DNA of 64,000 nucleotides from positions 1,164,013 to 1,228,012 of the forward strand of contig CAWBNL010000004.1 in NCBI GenBank assembly GCA_963790155.1. The letters are read 5' to 3'. The stretch comes from an uncultured Actinomycetota bacterium. GTDB taxonomy: Bacteria > Actinomycetota > Actinomycetes > Propionibacteriales > Nocardioidaceae. The notes beneath the pieces are model-generated. The model ran no database searches. It was not told where the DNA came from and worked only from the letters and a program-made list of their open reading frames with translations. Below, piece by piece: positions 40,459 through 50,541 of the stretch; position 1 is the first letter of the stretch, and each line of letters starts with the position of its first letter. A program made the position numbers and the translations under genes.

Positions 40459-41342
40459 GTCGCCAGTGTGCCCGGTGCCGCCGAACTGTCACCCGTGCGC
40501 GACCCGGACCGGGTGGCGCCGATCGAGGCCGCCACCACGCACGAGATGGCCAGCCACTGCACCGGGGAGAGGTGCTCCCCGAGCACGAGGATCGCAGCCA
40601 GGGCGGCGGCGGCCGGCTCGAGACTCATCAGGATGCCGAACACGGCAGGGCGCAGGCTCCTCAGCGCGACGAGCTCGCAGCTGTAGGGGATGACCGAGCT
40701 GAGCAGCCCGACGAGCGCCCCGACGAGCAGGATGCGCCCGTCCCACAGGCTGGTGCCGGCGCTGAGCATCGCGGGAAGGGTCATCACCGCGGCTGCGACG
40801 ATGCTGGCGACGGCCAGGCCGTCGAATCCCGCCCACCTGCGACCGGTGCTGGCGCTGAGCACGATGTACGCCGCCCACGCGGCGCCGGCGAGCAGGGCGT
40901 ACGCCACGCCGAGCACGTCGAGGTGGGAGCGCTGGAAGCCGAGGAGGCCCACGCCCGCGCCCGCCAGGAGGACCCAGAGCACGTCCCTGGGGCGGCGCGA
41001 CCCGAGCACGGCGAGCGTGAGGGGCCCGATGAACTCGATGGTGACCGCGATGCCGAGGGGGATGCGCGCGAAGGACTGGTAGATCGCCCAGTTCATCGTG
41101 GCCAGGCTGAGGCCGAAGCCGAGCACGACCCACCAGTCCTGCCGGGTGCGTCCGGTGAGTCGGGGACGCGAGACGGCGGCCAGCACGAGCGCGCTGGTGA
41201 CCAGGCGCAGCCACACCATCGCCGTGGGGGAGATCTCGCCGAACAGGCCCTTGGCGATGGCCGCGCCGAGCTGGACCGAGACGATGCCGATCAGCACCAG
41301 TCCCACGGGTCCGAGCAGGGCGCGGCTCGGTGCGGGGGTCAC
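40455..41342 (-). CDS. EamA/RhtA-type DMT transporter
   Basis: SVQLGAAIAK, RIPLGIAVTIEFIGPL, LMSLEPA. Confidence 0.9.
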   Translation of the reverse strand: MTPAPSRALLGPVGLVLIGIVSVQLGAAIAKGLFGEISPTAMVWLRLVTSALVLAAVSRPRLTGRTRQDWWVVLGFGLSLATMNWAIYQSFARIPLGIAVTIEFIGPLTLAVLGSRRPRDVLWVLLAGAGVGLLGFQRSHLDVLGVAYALLAGAAWAAYIVLSASTGRRWAGFDGLAVASIVAAAVMTLPAMLSAGTSLWDGRILLVGALVGLLSSVIPYSCELVALRSLRPAVFGILMSLEPAAAALAAILVLGEHLSPVQWLAISCVVAASIGATRSGSRTGDSSAAPGTLAT

Positions 41343-41440
41343 CCGGGCACCCTATGCACTGGCCTCGTCGAGGCGGTGCGGACCCGGGAGCGGCGCAGTA
41401 GTGTGCCTCATCGCAGACGTTCACCTGGGGAGGCGCTCAC

Positions 41441-42541
41441 ATGTCGCGGACACTGCTCATGGTCGGGACCCGCAAGGGGATGTGGCTCGCCACCTCGGAC
41501 GAGGCGCGAGCCTCCTGGGAGTGGACCGGCCCGCACTTCCCGATGGAGGAGGTCTACTCGGTCATGGTGGACCCCCGGACGACGCCACGCGGGGCCCCCC
41601 GACTCCTGGCTGGCGCGTCGTCGAGCTGGCTCGGGCCGCAGGTGTGGCGCTCGGACGACCTCGGGGCGACGTGGGACGAGACGCCCAACGGTGCCGCCCG
41701 CTTCCCCGAGGACACCGGCGCCACGCTGGCCCGGGTGTGGCAGCTCCAGCCCGGTTTCGAGGACGAGGTGGTGTGGGCCGGGACGGAGCCGGGTGCGGTG
41801 TTCCGCTCGGGCGACCGCGGTGAGACCTTCTCCCTCGTGCGGGGGCTGTGGGACCACCCGCACCGCGAGGAGTGGAACGCAGGCTTCGGAGGCCAGGCCT
41901 TCCACACGATCCTCCCGGACCCGCGCGACGGCGACCACGTCCTCGTCGCGCTGTCGACCGGCGGCGTCTACGCCACCTCCGACGGGGGTGCGACGTGGAG
42001 TCCCTCCAACGACGGCGTCAAGGCGGAGTTCTTCCCCGGCGAGCGCAACTACCCGGAGTTCGGCCAGTGCGTGCACAAGGTCGCCCGCGACGCCGCCGAC
42101 CCGGACCGTCTCTACCTCCAGAACCACGGCGGGGTCTACCGCTCCGACGACGGCGGCTCGTCGTGGCTGGACATCGCGCCGGGGCTGCCGTCCGAGTTCG
42201 GGTTCGCGATGGTGGCGCATCCGCACCGGGCGGACACGGCGTACACCTTCCCCATCGCCGGTGCCGAGGCGCGCTGGCCCGTGGACGGAAGGGCGCGCGT
42301 CTTCCGCACCACCGATGCCGGCGCGTCGTGGGAGCCGCTGGGCGAGGGAGTCCTGCCGGACGGCTACTTCACCGCGGTGATGCGCGATGCGATGTGCGCC
42401 GACGACCACGAGGATGTGGGGCTCTACTTCGGTGGCCGCAACGGCGGTGTCTGGGCCTCGCCGGACGAGGGCGCCACGTGGAGCGAGATCCGCACGGACC
42501 TGCCGGACGTGCTGGTCGTGCGTGCCGCGAAGATCGACTGA
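41441..42541 (+). CDS. BNR/Asp-box repeat beta-propeller protein
   Basis: Repeated SDD.G.TW / T.D.G.SW Asp-boxes; QNHGGVYRSDD. Confidence 0.85.
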   Translation: MSRTLLMVGTRKGMWLATSDEARASWEWTGPHFPMEEVYSVMVDPRTTPRGAPRLLAGASSSWLGPQVWRSDDLGATWDETPNGAARFPEDTGATLARVWQLQPGFEDEVVWAGTEPGAVFRSGDRGETFSLVRGLWDHPHREEWNAGFGGQAFHTILPDPRDGDHVLVALSTGGVYATSDGGATWSPSNDGVKAEFFPGERNYPEFGQCVHKVARDAADPDRLYLQNHGGVYRSDDGGSSWLDIAPGLPSEFGFAMVAHPHRADTAYTFPIAGAEARWPVDGRARVFRTTDAGASWEPLGEGVLPDGYFTAVMRDAMCADDHEDVGLYFGGRNGGVWASPDEGATWSEIRTDLPDVLVVRAAKID

Positions 42542-42669
42542 TCGCGAAGACGCCCCGCCGGGACGGGGCCAACCGCTCGTACGACCTCGGCGCGAGCCGC
42601 TGGGCGGTGAGGCGCACCCTCGATGAGACGCAGCGATCCGCGGGAGGAGCGGCCCACTAGCCTGACGCC

Positions 42670-44361
42670 ATGAGTCACGCAGCCGACGCCCCCGACATGA
42701 AGCCCCGGAGCCGCGCCGTCACCGACGGCCTCGAGGCGACCGCGGCGCGGGGGATGCTCCGCGCCGTCGGCATGGGGGACGACGACTGGCACAAGCCACA
42801 GATCGGTGTCGCGTCGAGCTGGAACGAGATCACCCCCTGCAACCTCTCCCTCGACCGGTTGGCCAAGGCCGTCAAGAACGGCGTGCACGCGGGGGGCGGC
42901 TATCCGCTGGAGTTCGGCACGATCTCGGTGTCCGACGGCATCTCGATGGGCCACGAGGGCATGCACTTCTCCCTGGTCAGCCGCGAGGTCATCGCCGACT
43001 CGGTCGAGACCGTGATGATGGCCGAACGGCTCGACGGCTCGGTCCTGCTCGCCGGGTGCGACAAGTCACTGCCCGGGATGCTGATGGCCGCGGCTCGTCT
43101 GGACCTCGCGAGCGTCTTCCTCTACGCCGGCACGATCATGCCCGGTCAGGTGGACGGCAAGGACGTGACGATCATCGACGCGTTCGAGGCGGTCGGTGCG
43201 TGCCTGGCCGGCAAGATGACCCGGGAGAAGGTCGACGAGATCGAGCGCGCGATCTGCCCCGGCGAGGGTGCCTGCGGGGGTGCGTACACCGCCAACACGA
43301 TGGCCAGCGTCGCCGAGGCGATCGGGATGAGCCTGCCGGGCAGCTCCTCGCCGCCGGCGGTCGACCGGCGTCGCGACGGATTCGCGCACAAGTCCGGCGA
43401 AGCGGTCGTCGAGATGCTGCGCCGAGGCATCACCGCCCGCCAGATCATGACCAAGCCGGCCTTCGAGAACGCGATCGCCATGGCGATGGCCCTCGGCGGC
43501 TCCACCAACGCGGTGCTCCACCTGCTCGCGATCGCCCGTGAGGCCGAGGTGGACCTGACGCTCGACGACTTCACGCGCATCGGCAAGAACGTCCCGCACC
43601 TCGCCGACATGAAGCCGTTCGGTCGCTTCGTGTGGACCGACTTCGACCGCGTCGGTGGCATCCCCGTGCTGTTGCGGGCGCTGCTGGACGCAGGCCACCT
43701 CCACGGCGACGTCCTGACGTGCACCGGCAAGACGATGGCCGAGAACCTCGCCGAGCTCGACCCCAAGCCGCTCGACGGCGAGATCCTGCGCCAGCTCAGC
43801 TCGCCCATCCACGCCACCGGTGGTCTGACGATCCTCAAGGGATCGCTCGCCCCCGACGGTGCGGTGGTCAAGAGTGCGGGCTTCGACGACTCGACCTTCA
43901 CCGGCACCGCCCGCGTCTTCGACGGCGAGCGCAAGGCGCTGGACGCGCTGACGCAGGGAGCCATCCGGGCCGGCGACGTCGTGGTCATCCGCTACGAGGG
44001 CCCCAAGGGCGGACCAGGCATGCGCGAGATGCTCGCGATCACCGGCGCGATCAAGGGCGCCGGTCTCGGCAAGGACGTCCTGCTGATCACCGACGGGCGC
44101 TTCTCCGGCGGAACGACCGGTCTCTGCGTCGGCCACATCGCACCGGAGGCGAGCGACGGCGGCCCCATCGCCTTCGTCCGGGACGGGGACCAGATCACCC
44201 TCGACGTGTCCGGCATGACCCTCGACCTCCACGTGGAGGAGGCGGAGCTCGCCACCCGCGCGGAGGGCTGGGAGCCGTTGCCGCCGAAGTACACCCGCGG
44301 CGTCCTCGGGAAGTACCGCAAGGTCGTGCAGTCGGCCGCCCACGGAGCCGTCTGCTACTGA
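42670..44361 (+). CDS. ilvD: Dihydroxy-acid dehydratase
   Basis: [40 protein letters not shown]. Confidence 0.97.
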   Translation: MSHAADAPDMKPRSRAVTDGLEATAARGMLRAVGMGDDDWHKPQIGVASSWNEITPCNLSLDRLAKAVKNGVHAGGGYPLEFGTISVSDGISMGHEGMHFSLVSREVIADSVETVMMAERLDGSVLLAGCDKSLPGMLMAAARLDLASVFLYAGTIMPGQVDGKDVTIIDAFEAVGACLAGKMTREKVDEIERAICPGEGACGGAYTANTMASVAEAIGMSLPGSSSPPAVDRRRDGFAHKSGEAVVEMLRRGITARQIMTKPAFENAIAMAMALGGSTNAVLHLLAIAREAEVDLTLDDFTRIGKNVPHLADMKPFGRFVWTDFDRVGGIPVLLRALLDAGHLHGDVLTCTGKTMAENLAELDPKPLDGEILRQLSSPIHATGGLTILKGSLAPDGAVVKSAGFDDSTFTGTARVFDGERKALDALTQGAIRAGDVVVIRYEGPKGGPGMREMLAITGAIKGAGLGKDVLLITDGRFSGGTTGLCVGHIAPEASDGGPIAFVRDGDQITLDVSGMTLDLHVEEAELATRAEGWEPLPPKYTRGVLGKYRKVVQSAAHGAVCY

Positions 44362-44389
44362 TCGTCGACCCGGCCGATAGGTTCGGGCG

Positions 44390-45604
44390 GTGAGCACCGC
44401 TACCTCCTCGACCGAGCTCGATGCCGTCGACCCCCTCGCCCACCTACGGGCGCGCTTCGTCGGCGCCGACTCGGACCTCGTCTACTTCGACGGCAACTCG
44501 CTCGGTCGCCCGGTCGCGGCCGCGGCACACCGACTGACGGAGTTCATCCACGCGCAGTGGGGTGAGCGACTGATCCGCGGCTGGGACGAGCACTGGATGG
44601 AGCAGCCGACGACCCTCGGCGACGACCTCGGCCGGATCTGTCTCGGTGCCGCGCCGGGCCAGACGGCGATCGGCGACTCGACCACCGTGTGGATCTACAA
44701 GCTGATGCGCGCCGCGGTCGACCATGCCCTGCGCACCGACCCCGCCCGCACCGAGATCGTGATCGACACCGACAACTTCCCGACCGACCGCTACGTCGCC
44801 GAGGGCATCGCAGCCGAGCGCGGCCTGACGCTGCGCTGGATCGAGGTCGACACCTCCGCGGGCGTGACGGCAGACCAGCTCGTCGAGGCGGTGTCGGAGC
44901 GCACCGCCCTGGTCGTGCTCTGCCACGTCGCCTACCGCTCCGCCTGGCTCGCGGACGCGCCCGCGCTGACCCGGATCGCTCACGACGCCGGCGCGCTCGT
45001 GCTCTGGGACCTGAGCCACTCGGCGGGCTCGGTCCCGGTCGCGCTGGACGACTGGGACGCCGACCTCGCCGTCGGCTGCACCTACAAGTACCTCAACGGG
45101 GGTCCCGGGTCGCCCGCCTACGGCTACGTCAACGCCCGTCTCCAGGGCGACCTGACCCAGCCGATCCAGGGCTGGATGGGCCACGCGGACCCGTTCCGGA
45201 TGGGCCCGGGCTACACCCCCGCGCCCGGCATCCGCCGGTTCATCTCGGGCACGCCGCCGATCCTCGGGATGGTCGCGATGCAGAGCATGCTCGAGCTGGT
45301 CGAGGAGGTCGGGATGGAGGCGATCCGCGCGAAGTCGGTCGCGCTGACGTCCTACGCCGTCGAGCTCGCCGACGCGACCCTGCCCGGGGTCACTCTCGCC
45401 TCGCCGCGCGACCCCGCACAGCGCGGCGGTCACGTGACCCTGCACCACGACCGGATGCGTGAGGTCACCGCGCACCTGTGGGAGCGCGACGTCATCCCCG
45501 ACTACCGCGACCCCGGCGGCCTGCGCATCGGCCTCTCGCCGCTGTCCACCTCCTTCGACGAGGTCGAGCGCGGCCTGGCGGCGATCGCCGAGGCACTGCG
45601 GTGA
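44390..45604 (+). CDS. kynU: Kynureninase
   Basis: YFDGNSLG, NFPTDRY, WDLSHSAG, GCTYKYLNGGPG. Confidence 0.9.
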   Translation: MSTATSSTELDAVDPLAHLRARFVGADSDLVYFDGNSLGRPVAAAAHRLTEFIHAQWGERLIRGWDEHWMEQPTTLGDDLGRICLGAAPGQTAIGDSTTVWIYKLMRAAVDHALRTDPARTEIVIDTDNFPTDRYVAEGIAAERGLTLRWIEVDTSAGVTADQLVEAVSERTALVVLCHVAYRSAWLADAPALTRIAHDAGALVLWDLSHSAGSVPVALDDWDADLAVGCTYKYLNGGPGSPAYGYVNARLQGDLTQPIQGWMGHADPFRMGPGYTPAPGIRRFISGTPPILGMVAMQSMLELVEEVGMEAIRAKSVALTSYAVELADATLPGVTLASPRDPAQRGGHVTLHHDRMREVTAHLWERDVIPDYRDPGGLRIGLSPLSTSFDEVERGLAAIAEALR

Positions 45605-46311
45605 GCGAGAACGCGCTCGGCCAGCGACTCGGCCGTCGCGTCGACTGGGCGCCGGTGGAGCGCCCGCAGGGAACGACCCTCGTGGGTCGGGGCGTCCGGC
45701 TCGAGCGGATCGGCCCACGCCACGTCGACGACCTGGTCGCCGCAGTGTGCGGTGAGGACGACGACCAGCTCTGGACCTACCTCTCCTGGGACCGCCCCCG
45801 CGACCGGGACGAGATGGCGGCGATCGTCCAGCACGGTGTCGCCGATCCCGGCCAGGTGATGTACGCGATCGTGGCCGTCGAGGCCGGCCGCGCGGTCGGC
45901 TTCTGCTCGCTGATGCGCATCGACCGGGCGATGGGCTCGGTGGAGATCGGCGGCATCGTGTTCGGGCGCCGCCTCCAGCGCAGCAGGGCCGCCACCGAGG
46001 CGATGGCCCTGCTGATGCGCCACGTGTTCGACGACCTCGGATACCGCCGCTACGAGTGGAAGTGCGACAGCCTCAACGCGCCCTCGCGCCGGGCCGCGAT
46101 CCGGCTCGGCTTCATCTGGGAGGGCCGCTTCCGCAACGCCGTCGTCTACAAGGGCCGCAACCGCGACACCGACTGGTTCTCGATCACCGACCACGAATGG
46201 CCCCGGGTCCGCACGGCCCTCGACGACTGGCTCGACGACGGCAACTTCGACGAGCTGGGACGCCAGCGCGTACGCCTCGCAGCCCGACCACCCGACCAGC
46301 AGGAGACCTGA
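45601..46311 (+). CDS. GNAT family N-acetyltransferase (RimJ/RimL-like)
   Basis: LGYRRYEWKCDSLN..SRRAA.RLGF..EG.FR, KGRNRDTDWFS. Confidence 0.9.
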   Translation: MSENALGQRLGRRVDWAPVERPQGTTLVGRGVRLERIGPRHVDDLVAAVCGEDDDQLWTYLSWDRPRDRDEMAAIVQHGVADPGQVMYAIVAVEAGRAVGFCSLMRIDRAMGSVEIGGIVFGRRLQRSRAATEAMALLMRHVFDDLGYRRYEWKCDSLNAPSRRAAIRLGFIWEGRFRNAVVYKGRNRDTDWFSITDHEWPRVRTALDDWLDDGNFDELGRQRVRLAARPPDQQET

Positions 46312-46312
46312 G

Positions 46313-46729
46313 ATGGACCAGCGTGTCAGCTTCATCACCCTCGCCGTGTCCGACCTCGGCGCGTCGCGACGGTTCTACGTCGACGGCCTCGGGTGGGAGC
46401 CCGAGGTCGACGAACCCGACGAGGTGCTCATGTTCCGCGTCGCCGAGAAGGTCGTGCTGAGCCTGTGGGACGAGCGCGCCTTCACCGCGGAGATCGGGCA
46501 CCGGCCCGCGCGCGGCGGGGTGCCCCCGATCACGCTCGCCCACAACCTCGCCACCACCCAGGGCGTCGACACCGTGCTCGAACAGGCCCGGACCGCAGGT
46601 GCGAGCGAGGTGGGCGAGGCCGTGGAGCGGGAGTGGGGCGGCTACACCGGCTACTTCGCCGACCCGGACGGCTTCCGCTGGGAGGTCGCCTACAACCCCG
46701 GCGAGATCGGGCAGTCCGTGCTCCCGTGA
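46313..46729 (+). CDS. VOC/glyoxalase family protein
   Basis: SFITLAVSDL..SRRFY, WGGYTGYFADPDGFRWE. Confidence 0.9.
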   Translation: MDQRVSFITLAVSDLGASRRFYVDGLGWEPEVDEPDEVLMFRVAEKVVLSLWDERAFTAEIGHRPARGGVPPITLAHNLATTQGVDTVLEQARTAGASEVGEAVEREWGGYTGYFADPDGFRWEVAYNPGEIGQSVLP

Positions 46730-47175
46730 CCGAGCTCGCTGACGTGCCCGGCTGGGACGACTACTTCCTGGGCATCGCCTCCGCCGTCTCCGCGCGTGCC
46801 AAGTGCACGCGCCGCCGCGTCGGCGCGGTGCTGACCATCGACCACCGCATCATCGCCACCGGCTACAACGGCGCCGCTCCCGGCGAGGACGACTGCCTGA
46901 TGGGTGCGTGCCCGCGCGGCCGGCTCGGCTACGACGACGTGCCGGGGCTCGGCGACTACGACCGGCCGGGCACCGCGGGGTTCTGCATCGCCATCCACGC
47001 CGAGGTCAACGCGCTGCTCTTCGCCACCCGGGACACCAAGGGGTCCACCGCCTACATCACCGACCCGCCCTGTCCGGGCTGTCGCAAGGCGCTGGCCGCA
47101 GCCGGCGTCGTCCGCGCGGTGTGGCCCGAGGGCGAGCACGACCGCCGGGACCTCACGACCTGGACTCGTCCGTAG
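46726..47175 (+). CDS. dCMP deaminase-like zinc deaminase
   Basis: WDDYF, C.RR.VGA, TGYNG, HAEVN, PCPGC. Confidence 0.85.
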   Translation: MTELADVPGWDDYFLGIASAVSARAKCTRRRVGAVLTIDHRIIATGYNGAAPGEDDCLMGACPRGRLGYDDVPGLGDYDRPGTAGFCIAIHAEVNALLFATRDTKGSTAYITDPPCPGCRKALAAAGVVRAVWPEGEHDRRDLTTWTRP

Positions 47176-47831
47176 CGGTCTTCCTGCCCTCGGCCTTCCG
47201 CCGGCGCCTCACCTCGCCCCGCGCGATGAAGAAGGCGATCAGGATCGTGACGAGGAGCTTCTGCGCGGTCTGCACCCACCCCGGCAGGTCGGGCAGGTCC
47301 GGCCAGGGGATCGACGGCAGGCTGACGTCGGGCCACGGGACGGCGGGCAGGTCCGGCCAGGGGATCGACGGCAGGTCGAGGTCGGGCCACGGGATGCCCA
47401 CGCTCGGCCACGGCACCTGGGTCAACAGCCAGATCACGACCATCGGCCCGACCACGCCCGCGGCGGCCACTGCCGTCTGCCGCGCGGTGTGCAGGTGCGG
47501 GTGGCGTCCGATCCACTCGGCCCGTTCGGCCGCCCGCGACCCGGCCTCGGGCTCGAAGTCGGCACCCCCGAGACCGGCGTGCGCCTCGGTCCCCGAGCCG
47601 TGCAGCGTGATCCGGCGCGCGGGTCCGACCAGCGGGAACTTCAGGCGTACGGCGCCGCCGGCCTCGGCGGTGAGCACGATGGTCTCGTCGGAGGTCTTCT
47701 TCCGCGCCACCTCGGTGCCGTCGCACCTCCACCGGACCTCGCGGACCAGCGGCCCCTGGGCTGATCTCGACCACGTGTGCACGGTCGTCCCGGACGAGGT
47801 GCCACTGCTCGGTGTTGATGCCGTCCCCCAT
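47153..47831 (-). pseudogene. Membrane protein with PWPD repeats, one +1 frameshift near 47760
   Basis: MGDGINTEQWHLVRDDRAHVVEIS joins QGPLVREVRW... if one base is removed from AGCCCAG (minus strand). Confidence 0.6.
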
Positions 47832-47871
47832 GAGTGCAATACTAGAGCATCCACTCCACCAAAGGAGCCCC

Positions 47872-48468
47872 ATGGCTCGTACGGTCGATAAAGAGCGTCA
47901 TCTGGCCCGGCAGCTCGTCATCATCGACGCGGCGCTCACCTGCTTCGCGGCCGCCGGCTACGCGGGCACCTCCACCGCCGCGATCTGCCGCGAGGCCGGC
48001 ATCGGGTCGGGCACCTTCTTCCACTACTTCCCGACCAAGCAGTCGCTCCTGATCGCGATCCTCCACGTCGGCACCGAGCAGACCCGCACGTGGTTCGCCG
48101 GGCGGTCCGCGGACGAGGACCCGCGGTCGGTGCTGGAGGCGTACCTCGAGCACGCGGCCGACGAGATGGCTGATCCGCGGATCGCGGGGTTCGTCCGAGC
48201 GGTGGGCGCGGTGATGGGGGAGCCCGCCGTCACCGCGGCGCTCGCCGTCGACGCTCGCGTGCTGCAGGAGGGGCTCGAACCGTGGGTGGGTCGGGCGCAG
48301 GCCGCGCAGCAGGCGCGTACGGACGTGCCCGCCCGCGACCTGACTCTCTGGCTGCTCGTGGTGCTCGACGGCTTTCTCGCACGCCTTGCGGTGGACGACA
48401 CCTTCACTGTCCAGGGCCAGCGCGCGATGCTGCACGACACCGTCCGCCGGCTGCTCAGTGCCGCCTGA
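47872..48468 (+). CDS. TetR/AcrR family regulator, divergent from membrane protein gene
   Basis: GTSTAAICREAGIGSGTFFHYFPTK HTH; AAGGAG RBS. Confidence 0.9.
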   Translation: MARTVDKERHLARQLVIIDAALTCFAAAGYAGTSTAAICREAGIGSGTFFHYFPTKQSLLIAILHVGTEQTRTWFAGRSADEDPRSVLEAYLEHAADEMADPRIAGFVRAVGAVMGEPAVTAALAVDARVLQEGLEPWVGRAQAAQQARTDVPARDLTLWLLVVLDGFLARLAVDDTFTVQGQRAMLHDTVRRLLSAA

Positions 48469-48892
48469 CCCAGATCAGCTCCCCGGCCTCCCACTTCGCC
48501 AGGGCGACCGGCACCAGGATGCTCATCACCTCCGACGGCGAACCCGCCGCGAGCTCGTCGTGCTCCGCGCCGTAGGCCTGACCGACGGCGTTGTTGTGCT
48601 CGTCGACGGCTGAGTCCTTGCTGTTCGGCGACCCGGACTCCTGGGCAGCGGCGAGTGCCCGGGCCGCGCCGGGGCCGAACCGCGCGGTCAGCACCGCCTG
48701 CCACATGAAGTGGCGCATCGCGTTGGTCCTTCCGGGCACGCCGCGCCCCTCGAGCGCCGCAGTCCGCAACGCGGCCTGGGAGAGGCGCAGCACCTCGATG
48801 GTGCCCGCCGGACCGAGGCCTGCTCCCATCGCGGCTGCGGAGAGTCGTGGCACGACCGTCGCGCCGTGGAGGGCCTGATCGATGATTCCCAT
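48455..48892 (-). CDS. Hypothetical protein, DUF6973-like
   Basis: NAMRHFMWQA..T..FG...A...E.....D..VDEHNN..G motif. Confidence 0.6.
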   Translation of the reverse strand: MGIIDQALHGATVVPRLSAAAMGAGLGPAGTIEVLRLSQAALRTAALEGRGVPGRTNAMRHFMWQAVLTARFGPGAARALAAAQESGSPNSKDSAVDEHNNAVGQAYGAEHDELAAGSPSEVMSILVPVALAKWEAGELIWVRRH

Positions 48893-48917
48893 GGCCCCAC
48901 AGTGCCAGAATCGAGGG

Positions 48918-49613
48918 ATGGCCTCGACCCCGCTGCGCTTCCCGCGACCGCTCCGCGCCGGCGACCGGATCGGCGTGACCTCGCCGTCGGCCGGCGCCTC
49001 CGGTGCGGCTGCCGCGCGCATCGACTTCAGCGTCGCGTGGCTGCGTCAGCGCGGCTACGACGTCGAGGTGGGGGAGTGCATGGACGGCACCGGTCTCACC
49101 TCCGCCCCCGCGGTGGAGCGGGCAGCCGAGCTGACCCGGATGCTGAGCGACCCCGCGATCGCCTGCGTCGTACCGCCGTGGGGCGGGGAGACTGCGATCG
49201 ACCTGGTCGACCTCCTCGACTGGGACCTGCTCGCCGACGCCCAGCCGACGTGGCTGGTCGGCTACTCCGATCTCTCCACGGTCCTGGTCCCGGTCACCAC
49301 GCGGCTGGGCTGGGCCACCCTCCACGGCGACAACCTCGCGGACACTCCCTACGTCGTCCCGGACGGACTCCTGCACTGGCTCGACCTGGCGAGCGGCGAG
49401 GGTCCCTTCGTGCAGCGTGACTCCGGACTCGTCACCGACTGGTGGCGCTTCGAGGAGGACCCGCGCGCGACGACCTGGAAGCAGGCGGGCGAGGGCCGCT
49501 GGGAGGTGCTCGGCGGCGGGGACGTCCCGCCCCACCTGCCACTGGTCAACGGCTCGCTGGCCCGGATCGTGGTCGACGGTGAGACGCGGGAGATCACCCA
49601 GCGGCTGGCGTGA
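48918..49613 (+). pseudogene. S66 LD-carboxypeptidase/MccF-like protein with in-frame internal deletion
   Basis: LRAGDRIGVTSPS, PPWGG, GYSD present; GGGDV runs directly into terminal PPHLPLVNG; only 231 aa. Confidence 0.7.
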
Positions 49614-49661
49614 TGATCGTCCGGGGTGGTCGCTGTCGGTGGGCCGTGACACTGTCGGGCC

Positions 49662-50336
49662 ATGAGTGATCCGAAGCAGAAGCTCACCTCCGAGCAGGTC
49701 CGCGACGCAGGCCTCGACGACTGGCGTCACCTCCTGACGGGCATCCGCGCACGCTTCCGCACCGGCGACTTCGCCACCGGTCTCGCGCTCGTGGACCGGA
49801 TCGGAGCGGCAGCGGAGGAGGCGCAGCACCACCCCGACATCTCGCTCGCCTATCCCGAGGTGATCGTGACGCTGTCGAGCCACGACGTCGGTGGCATCAC
49901 CAGCCGCGACCTCGACCTGGCGCGGCAGATCAGTGGCTTCGCCGCCGACGCGGGCGCGAGCGCCGACGTGTCGGGGCTCACCCAGCTCGAGCCAGGGCTC
50001 GACACGTCGGCGCCCGGCCTGCTCGGACCTTTCTACGCCGCCCTGCTGGGCGGCAAGGTCGACGAGGGGGAGCCGATCGACCCCAGCGGCCAGGTGCCGG
50101 GCCTGTGGTTCCAGGAGCCGGGCGACGACGGCGCCGAGCCGCTGCCAGACCAGGACCACGAGCAGCGCTGGCACTTCGACGTGTGGGTGCCCCACGACGA
50201 GGGGGAGCGGCGGCTCCGGGCCGTTCTCGACGCCGGCGGCACCCTCATCAGCGACGCCGAGGCGCCCTCGTTCTGGGTGGTCGCGGACGCCGACGGCAAC
50301 CGGTCCTGCATCTGCACGCGGCTGGATCGCGCCTGA
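49662..50336 (+). CDS. Pterin-4a-carbinolamine dehydratase - VOC fusion protein
   Basis: HHPDI, SHDVGGIT.RD; C-terminal LWFQ, RWHFDV, ADADGN. Confidence 0.85.
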   Translation: MSDPKQKLTSEQVRDAGLDDWRHLLTGIRARFRTGDFATGLALVDRIGAAAEEAQHHPDISLAYPEVIVTLSSHDVGGITSRDLDLARQISGFAADAGASADVSGLTQLEPGLDTSAPGLLGPFYAALLGGKVDEGEPIDPSGQVPGLWFQEPGDDGAEPLPDQDHEQRWHFDVWVPHDEGERRLRAVLDAGGTLISDAEAPSFWVVADADGNRSCICTRLDRA

Positions 50337-50438
50337 CACGTCGTCCCGAGGGCCACATCATGGGACTGCCGTCCCAGATGTTGGGACGGCGCACACACCG
50401 GCTTGACGACGGACAGCTCCTGCAGCGACGGTTGTCCC

Positions 50439-50480
50439 ATGTGCACCGGAATTCTTGTACGCACGCGACGCGTGAGCTGA
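50439..50480 (+). CDS. ilvB attenuator leader peptide MCTGILVRTRRVS
   Basis: 13-aa ORF with consecutive rare Ile-Leu-Val codons ATT CTT GTA upstream of terminator. Confidence 0.8.
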   Translation: MCTGILVRTRRVS

Positions 50481-50508
50481 GGCCTCAAGCCGTACAGCGC
50501 ACGCGTCA

Positions 50509-50541
50509 CCCCTCGTCGCCCACCGGGCCGAGGGGTTTTTT
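50509..50541 (+). terminator. Attenuator terminator of ilvBNC
   Basis: CCCCTCG...CGAGGGG followed by TTTTTT. Confidence 0.85.

Noticed and set aside
46726-47175. Anti-phage dCTP deaminase (AvcD-type)
   Set aside because: No fused P-loop kinase domain and no defence-island context.
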